Source: Octopus bimaculoides (lineage: Eukaryota). From it: a stretch of DNA of 57,644 bases. A program made the position numbers and the translations under genes. The stretch spans positions 37,590,341 to 37,647,984 of the forward strand of contig NC_068982.1 of NCBI RefSeq assembly GCF_001194135.2. Reading direction: 5' to 3'. Position 1 is the stretch's first letter. Every line of letters begins with the position of its first letter. The notes beneath the pieces were generated by a model. That model saw only the letters and a program-made list of their open reading frames with translations. It was not told the origin of the DNA and made no database searches. Of the stretch, positions 48,556 to 57,644 are shown piece after piece.

Positions 48556-49584
48556 ATACAAATGATATGTGAGCATATGCATATATGCATACATATNNNN
48601 NNNNNNNNNNNNNNNNNNNNNNNNNNNNNNNNNNNNNNNNNNNNNNNNNNNNNNNNNNNNNNNNNNNNNNNNNNNNNNNNNNNNNNNNNNNNNNNNNNNN
48701 NNNNNNNNNNNNNNNNNNNNNNNNNNNNNNNNNNNNNNNNNNNNNNNNNNNNNNNNNNNNNNNNNNNNNNNNNNNNNNNNNNNNNNNNNNNNNNNNNNNN
48801 NNNNNNNNNNNNNNNNNNNNNNNNNNNNNNNNNNNNNNNNNNNNNNNNNNNNNNNNNNNNNNNNNNNNNNNNNNNNNNNNNNNNNNNNNNNNNNNNNNNN
48901 NNNNNNNNNNNNNNNNNNNNNNNNNNNNNNNNNNNNNNNNNNNNNNNNNNNNNNNNNNNNNNNNNNNNNNNNNNNNNNNNNNNNNNNNNNNNNNNNNNNN
49001 NNNNNNNNNNNNNNNNNNNNNNNNNNNNNNNNNNNNNNNNNNNNNNNNNNNNNNNNNNNNNNNNNNNNNNNNNNNNNNNNNNNNNNNNNNNNNNNNNNNN
49101 NNNNNNNNNNNNNNNNNNNNNNNNNNNNNNTATATATATATATAAAGATATATATAAAGATATATAAATACATGCATATATACATATGTTGTTATGTCCT
49201 GTTAATTGTATTTGTGTAACATTCTCCATTTTTTTTCCGTCCTTGTTTTCGTATACATTCGCTGCTTTCTTCCAAGGAATCTAATGTTCTTAGCTTAGTT
49301 TTACCTTGGGGCTGGCCAGATTGGAGCAATCTCAAGTATAACCAGCCGAAATAGCAAAGATAATCTGGAACTCGACTGAGGAAAAAAAATCTCTGAATGA
49401 CCCGTCCTTGTTTTCTTTGTATCGTCTATCTGGATGTTTTGTTGTCCCTTTTTTGTATCACCTAACTGTCTAGATGTTTTGCGTTCTTATCCCATTTTGT
49501 ACTTTTTATATACATACATACATACATACATACATACATGCATACATACATACACACACACATATGTATATATANNNNNNNNNN

Positions 49585-49640
<56 letters not shown>

Positions 49641-51896
49641 TCATACATATAGACATATATATATATGGATATACGGACAGCTAGATTATATAATATATAC
49701 ATTTTTAACCAGTTGACATATATTAGTTAAGACAGAGAAAGACAGAGAATATCTATTAGTGAGCTACAACTCAAATACTGTTAAGTAGTAACATTTCTGA
49801 GTTTTAAGTATTACCTCTCTGTTGTTGACATGCTCTCTTTGATGTTAAGCATGATATATGTTTAACAACAACAATACCACCACCAGCTGCTGCAATAGCA
49901 GCAGCAGCAGCAGTAGCAACAACAACAACAACAACAAGCAAACACAAATAAACATATTCTTTTGTATTTTCCTTTGTTATGCATTGCTATGTCAAAACCT
50001 TGATTGAAGGCAAAATTACTGAAAGATATTCTGTAGTATTTATATTTCCAACAAATACAATGAAAACTGAATGTTTGTTTTTGAAGAATACATTACTTGC
50101 TTATAATGTAATGTAACTGAATATTTTGAAATTTGATTTGGAATTTCAGCAAGATTTATTATAAAAAAACATTATTCAAAAATCAAACTAGTATATTTTG
50201 AATGAAAAAGAAGTTGAAAAATTTCATTTATATGATTTACAACAAAAGCCCTTATCTGCAAGGAGACTTGCTACTTGACATTTTACAAACATCAATAAAA
50301 AACTGAAAGTTTATTTTTAAAGAATGTATTATTTATAATGCTTCATTACAATTTTTCTTCAATTAATAGTGTTTTTTGCTTTACTTACTTGAAATTATCA
50401 AATAATATAAAGATGATTTATGATTTCTACGAGATTTTGAATAAGAAATAGATTAAGCATGAAAGATTTGTTCCCTGTTTGATACAAATTTATATGAAAT
50501 GCAAATCACTCACTCATAACCTTTAAGAGGGTTCTTTCTGGAATCTCTGAATTCATGTAATGTAACTGGCCAAGTTCATTAGGAAAAATTTCAATGTGAA
50601 GTGTTTCCATGGGGAACCAAAGCTAAACTACAGACTCTACTAATCAGGAATTTACACCAACTCTACAATACTTGCACTAATTTCATACACCATAAACATT
50701 TTTATTTATGCATTAAAAAAAAAAGGAAAAAAAATCATGGCTTAATTATTTCTTATAATTTATACAATTTATATGCAAATATCCAAATTTTAAAAATTCT
50801 CCAGTCTCTCCAAGAATGAAAATATGAGTGGAAAAAAGGTTAATTTGATTGTTAGAGTCTGTTTCTATAAGTTGATTATTTTTTTCTTTCTGATTAATTT
50901 CTGTAATCCTTTCTCCATGCTTTTGAATATTTTTCTCTTTTATCTTTTGCTTGTTTCAGTCATTGGACTGTGGCCATGCAGGGGTACCCCCTTGAAAGGT
51001 TTTACTTGAGCATATCACCCCCAGTACTTATTTTAAGTCTGATACTTATCCTGTCAATCTCTTGACTGAACTACTAAGTCAAGGGGACATAAACAAACCA
51101 ATACTGATTGTCAAGAGGCATTGGTCATCCTAGGGCTATAGTAGAAGACACTCACCCAAGTTACTGTACAGTGGGATTGAACCTGAAACCAAATAGTTGC
51201 AAAGTGAGCTTCTTTACTACACAATCATGTCTTACTGGAAATTTTAACGAAAATAAAAATAGAAATTTAAAGATAGTATCTAAATCAAGTTTTTAATTTT
51301 CACATTTGTATCCAAAGAATTTCCCAACAAATAGTTTCCTTTGAAGGAGATTCAGAGCCATCAAGAGATTTAGTGATGGTAGCCAGTTGTTAATAAGGAG
51401 TGACTCTTAAACAAGTGCTGTTTTTTTTTTACTTAAAAGGTTGAAAAGAAAAGATTATTTTCCTTTGGGTATATACTTCAGGCTTGATGTGTATGCATCA
51501 CAGAATGATTTGAAGTACATTGATCACTATAGGACATCTTGGCTTTTTTGCTAACTTGTATTTCTAAAATTTGCAAATTCTTTTGTGTAGGAACAAGATA
51601 GTTGCTTTGTTTTGCATATTTTGACCTCTTCCAACCAATAAGAGGTGCCAACTCTATCTTTTTCAGCCTTACTATCATAACTCATTCTGTTGGCTTAAAT
51701 TATATAAAAAGATAATAAAATGTCATTTCTCTGTCAGTTGTAGTCTAGTTTCCAAACCAAGAACATGGTTAAGCCCTCAACTTTTGGCCTGTGGCTGACA
51801 GTAACAGGTACTAATACTGCCATTATAGCAACTGAACTCACCTACAAGACAATGGAACTGCTATCCTGTCACCACTCTCACACTAGCACACATATA

Positions 51897-52758
51897 CAAG
51901 GTGCATTCAAAAAATATCTGACTTATTTTTTCCTACCAAATCTAATGTTGCATGGGGAAAATCCTTTGGGTGGGAGGTAACATCACTCTTTCTGTGCATG
52001 CAGGAAAATTTTCAAGCTAGTAGGTTATGTCAGTTCTCAGCTGTTACAGCTAAAGTACAGATGTGTAGTGCATGCTCATTGCATGCAATGAGCATATATT
52101 TGCATACAAGATGACCAAATGAGACAATAAACCCATGTCTCATCACGAATGATAATGGTCTTCATGATGTCTGGGTCATAGTTTGTACAGTTCAGCATGT
52201 CTTGAGTGATTTCCACGAAGAGTTGCTTCTGCTGCTCTGCTAACACTTTGGGAATGATTTCACTGACACTCCCAGCATGCACAAATGCACCATTAAAATG
52301 AATGCACTTATCTTGAGCTTATTTCCACTTTGTCAGAAATTTCCTGGATTGTTACATGATGGTCTTCCAAGACTAATCACCAAATGTTCCTAATCAGCTC
52401 CTTCTTTTAGCTTGTGGATGAGCTGCCTGAGCGTGTCTTGCTCTGAGTTTTTCCCATGGCATCATCACCAAAGGCCTGCTGAATCTTCTGGATGGTTTGA
52501 GCTTGAGTATCACCAAACTTTTGATAAAACTTGATGCAATATCTCTGCTTGATGCATTTAGTGATAATGAAAACCTGAGTGTACATTACATGTCTTTACT
52601 GTAGGTGTAATAGCTGGAAACTAACACAGCCTACAAGTGTGATAATTTTCCTGTATGTGCTGAAAGGGTGGTATCACCTCCCACCCAAAGTATTTTCCTC
52701 ATGTGGCATTAATTTTGGCAGGAAAAAATAAAGTTGGATACTCTTTGAACTCATCTCT
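51897..52758 (-). mobile_element. Decayed mariner element
   Basis: Imperfect TIRs (caaggtgcattcaaaaaatatctgacttattttttcc and reverse complement gagatgagttcaaagagtatccaactttattttttcc) are each next to TA. The ORF IIPKVLAEQQKQ...IIIRDETWVY contains the first catalytic-D motif (GDETW). Confidence 0.75.
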
Positions 52759-52914
52759 TATACTGCTCACAATACAGAGTGGGCAAAAAGTCACACACCA
52801 AAATTGAAACTCATTTATATATATATATTGCATATTCTGAAAGCAATTTTTTATAAATTGAATAAAATAAATAAAATAAGGATGAATACACATATGCTAG
52901 TACATGATGAACAA

Positions 52915-52917
<3 letters not shown>

Positions 52918-53001
<84 letters not shown>
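52918..53001. repeat. (AAT)n microsatellite
   Basis: Direct reading. Confidence 0.95.
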
Positions 53002-53002
<1 letters not shown>

Positions 53003-53212
53003 TTCCTTTCTACTATAGGCACAAGGTCTGAAATTTGGGGGAGGGGGCTAGTCAATCTCAGTGCTCAACTGGTACTTATTTCATTGACCCAGAAAAGATA
53101 AAAAGCAAAGTTGACCTTGGTGGAATTTGAACTCAGAATGTAAGATCGGATGAAATGCCTTAAGCATTTTACTCAGTCTGCTAACAATCCTGCCAGCTCG
53201 TCACCTTAAATA

Positions 53213-53247
<35 letters not shown>

Positions 53248-53464
53248 AATAATAATAATAATGATAATAATATAAATAAAAATGTCAAATGTTTTGGTGG
53301 TCCACCTGTACAATCATTGATACAACCAAACATTATAACATAGACACCGCCAAACTAAAGTTTTTTTACTCTCACAGGGTTAGTAGAGATTTACAGGAGA
53401 TTATTATGTAGCATTTGAAAATAAATAAATATGTTTATATAACAAAAATTGTTAATTTATTCTT

Positions 53465-53495
53465 TCACTCAAGGTGATAAAATCTTTCTATCCAC
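53465..53495 (-). CDS. Candidate terminal coding exon of an unidentified gene (L-WIERFYHLE*)
   Basis: Acceptor ttattcttttgttcag|G is phase-matched to exon 54430. TGA is followed 3 nt later by AATAAA. Confidence 0.55.
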
Positions 53496-54429
53496 CTGAA
53501 CAAAAGAATAACTACAACACCACAAACCCAGAGGTTACAACTGTCTCAGCAACTGCTGAAAGCTAAGATAATTTTTGTCTCTGAAGAGAATGCCTAGACA
53601 GCTTGATTCAGTTTGTTAATATAAAGAATATTAGATCCCTAGAAAATAATACATGATAATGTGTATATATTGAATATGGAATAATTTTTATGATCGTTCT
53701 TGACTACTTAAAATTATGTTGTAGACTCTTTCTGGTCTTTCTTGTTATGACTACATTACAGAGAATAAAGTTATAAGTGGTTAATAATTTCTTAAATGAA
53801 AAAATCATAACAACCAAAGGCTGATTTAATCTATATTCAATGTTGTTAGTACCATAGAAAAATAAATCATTAACAAAAAGACAACTTGGTACTAGCTGTT
53901 TGGTAACACCTGACCAGGGCCAACTGTTTAAAAGAAGACATGAAATATAAAATATGACTCCTCTTAACAGCAGTTTAGTCCAAATCAGTATGAAATAGTT
54001 TTAAGTGAAATTAATAATTTGATACACTATATATATATATATATATATGCTGTGTTGACTAAGGTTGAACAAGTATAAGAAGATTTAATATGAGAAAATA
54101 TAATTTGTTCAACACCAACATTATAACTAAAATGGTAACATGAAATTACAGATGATAATTTAAATGAAATGAAGGGTATGGTTTGCTCAATTCCATTACT
54201 AATGATCTTAACATACAGTTTTTCAAGCTAATGTGATATTTGATAGCAATTTTACCTCAAATATTCTATTTGGAAAAGGTCATAAAGTCCAATGCACCTT
54301 TAATATTTGTCAATTACAAATGTAGACCCCCATAACTTTTGTAGTAATTACTCAGTGCAAGTTAATTATTTGTGTTCACTTCATGTACTGCTTCAGCTTC
54401 AAAGTGCTTTAATCAATGATTTCACTTAC

Positions 54430-54470
54430 AAATGAAAGCAAGTATACTTTTGATCATGTGCAATAAGCAT
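54430..54470 (-). CDS. Candidate exon (MLIAHDQKYTCFH+TT)
   Basis: Splice sites tgctttcag|ATG and TT|gtaagt; 41 nt. Confidence 0.6.
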
Positions 54471-54867
54471 CTGAAAGCAGCACTCTTTGCAAACATTGCA
54501 ATAGCAAAGCATATAGTTTGTATTATTGAGATGGAAAAAAAACAAAAATAAAATAGAAATAACTATAAAAACTACACAGAAGCTTTTAAACACTGATATC
54601 ATTTGTCTTATTGTCAGTTTATTTGTTAAGTAATAGGCCAAAGAAATCAATATTATCAATGTTTTTACTACTATGAGGTGTCAGGTTTCAAATTCTTTTA
54701 TTCATATCCAGTTGACTAATTTTACTATTAGTAAGGAAAATGGAATACAGTAATACTTTCATTAAAATAATAACTAATTGTTAACAGGACCCTATAAAAT
54801 TTGCTTGATATATATTTAGTGCAAACATGATTGAAGTGCAGTTTATATTTTGGAGGTAGGATCTTAC

Positions 54868-54912
54868 TGGCATTACATGTTTGTATATCATAATTATTTG
54901 CTTGCATGGGTC
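54868..54912 (-). CDS. Candidate exon (DPCKQIIMIYKHVMP)
   Basis: Splice sites caattctacag|GAC and CCA|gtaaga; 45 nt, phase 0-0. Confidence 0.62.
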
Positions 54913-55079
54913 CTGTAGAATTGAGATAATTTCCCAACATCCAAGGATGAAATTTCAATTCTCGACAAAAGCCTTTTCTCTACTAATACAATTATAAAAA
55001 GCATGAACAAAACAATTTCCTATTTCATATATCAATGAATTTAGTTATAGCCAGTAGCTTGGAAAGGGATGGAACTTAC

Positions 55080-55104
55080 TTGATTGACTTGTTCTTCATA
55101 TATT
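55080..55104 (-). CDS. Candidate micro-exon (R-IYEEQVNQ)
   Basis: Splice sites cccattgtatag|A and CAA|gtaagt; 25 nt, phase 2-0. Confidence 0.6.
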
Positions 55105-55371
55105 CTATACAATGGGAATCATAATGATACCACTAACTACTGAACAGGCCATGAGGCATACACACACATACATACATACATACAAACTTTGTGAACTCCT
55201 CAAGAAATAATCATTTCCTGACAACCATTAATGCAAGCTCAGATTCGCTGGACTTGAATACTTCAACAAAGATCTGAAAGAGAAATACTCTTCATTTCAC
55301 AAAAAGATATGAGTATGTTATAAGTAAAGTTGAGGATAATAATATTAATATGAAGTGAAGCCACTCTTGGA

Positions 55372-55735
55372 CTCATCATCATCATCGTTTAACGTCCGCT
55401 TTCCATGCTAGCATGGGTTGGACGATTTGACTGAGGACTGGTGAAACCAGATGGCTACACCAGGCTCCAATCTGATTTGGAAGAGTTTCTACAGCTGGAT
55501 GCCCTTCCTAATGCCAACCACTCCGAGAGTGTAGTGGGTGCTTTTACGTGCCACCGGCACGAAGGCCAGTCAGGCAGTACTGGCAACGGCCTTGCTCAAA
55601 ATGGTGTATTTTATGTGCCACCCGCACAAGTCCTACACATGCCACGGGCACAAGTGCCAGAAAGGCGACGCTGGGCACAGGTGCCATCCCGATTTCGCTT
55701 TCGCTTGCCCCAATAAGTCTTTGCAAGCTGATGGC
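55372..55735 (-). mobile_element. Young RTE 3'-end copy (intronic)
   Basis: catcatcatcatcgtttaacgtccgctttccatgc tail; near-identical to the 48.3-48.5 kb and 57.0-57.2 kb copies. Confidence 0.88.
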
Positions 55736-55797
55736 TCTTATATCACGTTTTGAAGGTTAGGCATTTGAAAATCCAACAAAAGACAGCTATGACATAC

Positions 55798-55844
55798 CTA
55801 ATGGATGAAAGAGACAGCCATGCCCTTAAATATCCAAGATGCAC
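55798..55844 (-). CDS. Candidate exon (VHLGYLRAWLSLSSI+AG)
   Basis: Splice sites aattaacttttcag|GTG and AG|gtatgt; 47 nt. Only the phase-0 frame is open, and its phase-2 end matches the next exon. Confidence 0.62.
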
Positions 55845-55919
55845 CTGAAAAGTTAATTTTGTCACATTTTTGTGGAAGATAGTATGGTCAGCAGCTGCCT
55901 CAGAATGTCATCTAAGTAC

Positions 55920-55967
55920 TTTCTCCATTGTGGCATAATGTAGTTGTACAGCAATATACAGTATCAT
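55920..55967 (-). CDS. Candidate exon (MILYIAVQLHYATMEK)
   Basis: Splice sites ctttgctactacag|ATG and AAA|gtactt (weaker donor); 48 nt, with a 75-nt intron to the next exon. Confidence 0.4.
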
Positions 55968-56047
55968 CTGTAGTAGCAAAGACTATCCTGGGATAAATGA
56001 CAACAGTGCTCCTCTTATTGAATAAATATATACGTATCAACACAAGG

Positions 56048-57487
56048 AATGCATTTCAGAGTGTCTGGGTGTCAATCTGAGGACAGTGTAGAGGATTCAG
56101 AAAGAGTTGGATGAGTCTAATGGTGATTACAAAAGTACAGCAGCTTGGAAGACTCACTTTGATCATTCTGATAAGAAAAGAACTCCTGGATTTGTTGGTG
56201 AGATCCAGGCCATGATTGACAACAATCCCCCCAAATCAATCAGGTCCATCATCAGGGACATGGGAATGTCTGAGCTTCTTATCAAGCAGGTAGTGCAATG
56301 AAGACATTTGGTATTTCTCAGACAAGATGAGAAAGGGCCAATTTTTATCCCAAACCATCAGGACAAGAGGAAAGACTGTGTTATGAAGCTTTTGAATAAA
56401 TTCAAACATCCCTTTCAACCAAACATGCTTTGGTTTTTCTTAGACGAGAAAAATTTCTGCCAGGATCAGATGGAGAACACACAGAACAACTGTTGGCTTG
56501 CCATGTCCCCAAAACATGTACTGGAAGTGATAAAAGCCAAACATCCAATCAACATCATGGTGTTTGGAGTATCCATAATGATGGGGATGTTATGTCTCCT
56601 TTCATCTTCCCACTTGGCCTCAGACTCAACATGGAGGACTACATCAGGTGCCTGGAGGAAGTAGTGCTGCCCTGTGTCAAGAGGGTGGCTGTGGGAAAAC
56701 CCTGTGTCTGACAACAGGATTCTGCACCATGCCACACAAGCAGGAGAACCCAGTCATGGCTGTCAGACAATTTCTGCAATCACACCACTCCTAACATCTG
56801 GTCACCTAACTCCCCAGACTGCAACCCTCTTGATTATTATGTGTGGGGTGCAATTGAGCAAGAGACCAACAAAACTCCTTGTAACACCAAAGATGAACTA
56901 AAGGCAAGGATTATGGCAGCATTCACCAATTTAAACAAGGAAACCATCCAGAAGAGTTGGGGAGATTCCAAACTTATCTGGAGGCTGTGGTTGAGGACAA
57001 TGGCAATTTTCATCATCATCGTTTAACGTCCGCTTTCCATGCTAGCATGGGTTTGATGATTTGACTGAGGACTGGCAAGTCAGAAGGCTGCACCAGGCTC
57101 CAATCTGATCTGGCAGAGTTTCTACAGCTGGATGCCCTTCCGAACGCCAACCACTCCGAGATTGTAGTGGGTGCTTTTACGTGTCACCAGCATGAGGGCC
57201 AATCACGCGGTACTGGCAATGGCCTTGCTCAAAGGGTGTTTTTTATGTGCCACCTGCAAGGGAGCCAGTCCAGCAGCACTGGCAACGACCTCACTCAAAT
57301 GATTTTCTAACGTGCCACCAGCACAAGTGCTAGAAGGCGACGCTGGTAACGATTTTATAGAACAAATTTACTCTTTAGTATTTCATGATATTCTTTGTAA
57401 CTTTGGTAAATATATCTGTTAAAATGAGATGTTAGTGTTATTTTTGTTTCTGTGTAACTTAGACAACAATTTATTCACTGCACGTTG
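56048..57487 (+). mobile_element. maT/DD37D-family Tc1-mariner transposon, left end missing, frameshifted
   Basis: WFFLDEKNF (first D) ... QQDSAPCH...SPDCNPLD with exactly 37 residues between the second and third D. There is an in-frame TGA at 56709, and the right end reads aatttattcactgcacgttg|TA. Confidence 0.88.
57011..57353 (-). mobile_element. Young RTE 3'-end copy inserted in the last codons of the maT transposase
   Basis: Transposase sequence (EAVVEDNGNF) stops at 57010, and non-RTE sequence leading to the TIR-like end resumes at about 57354. Confidence 0.85.
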
Positions 57488-57544
57488 TATATATGTATAT
57501 GTGTGTGTGTACATACATGTATATATATGTGTGTGTGTGTGTAT

Positions 57545-57577
<33 letters not shown>

Positions 57578-57594
57578 TACATATATATATATAC

Positions 57595-57625
<31 letters not shown>

Positions 57626-57644
57626 CATACATACATATATATAT

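Noticed and set aside
49220-49505. CpG-retaining segment with short internal direct repeats
   Set aside because: It looks like a young repeat, but only one copy is in the window and it has no diagnostic ends, so no class can be supported.
51478-51700. Possible further minus-strand exon (MSYDSKAEKDRVGTSYWLEE…) phase-compatible with a gtgaaa donor at 53467
   Set aside because: It needs a poor donor. A stop plus AATAAA at 53465-53456 is the simpler reading.
52773-53310. Possible Tc1-like TIR pair (tacagagtgggcaaaaag / ggtccacctgta)
   Set aside because: The end similarity is too weak and no transposase sequence lies between.

Overview
This is AT-rich, CpG-depleted, microsatellite-rich eukaryotic DNA with five N-gaps. 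The SINE/RTE repertoire suggests a coleoid cephalopod, probably Octopus; this is inferred from pattern recognition, not a database match. (1) A spliced plus-strand gene encodes the Fcf2 domain of DNTTIP2, with five well-supported coding exons at 3586-12384 and a possible start exon at 1362. (2) A CpG-rich promoter-like island at about 13.3-13.9 kb carries CRE-like and RFX X-box-like motifs; its gene is only hinted at by candidate exons. (3) The 3' end of an unidentified minus-strand gene appears as a phase-compatible chain of six 25-48 nt exons at 53465-55967, none of which is in the ORF track. The remainder is transposon-derived: RTE LINE fragments and many RTE 3'-end copies, two tRNA-type SINE families, mariner and maT (DD37D) remnants, TTAA-flanked and fold-back MITEs, a Penelope-like RT remnant, and at least seven fragments of restriction-like-endonuclease (R4/Dong-type) retrotransposons. 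The most unusual signal is two head-to-tail 'trains' (26.5-27.8 kb and 39.5-43.5 kb) in which R4/Dong-like fragments and a non-coding passenger element are joined by (AAT)n-type linkers. One member has twin-priming-like inversion geometry, and one passenger carries an 86-bp piece of the RT. No rRNA, true tRNA or CRISPR array is supported. Repeat boundaries are approximate; exon coordinates were counted by hand.
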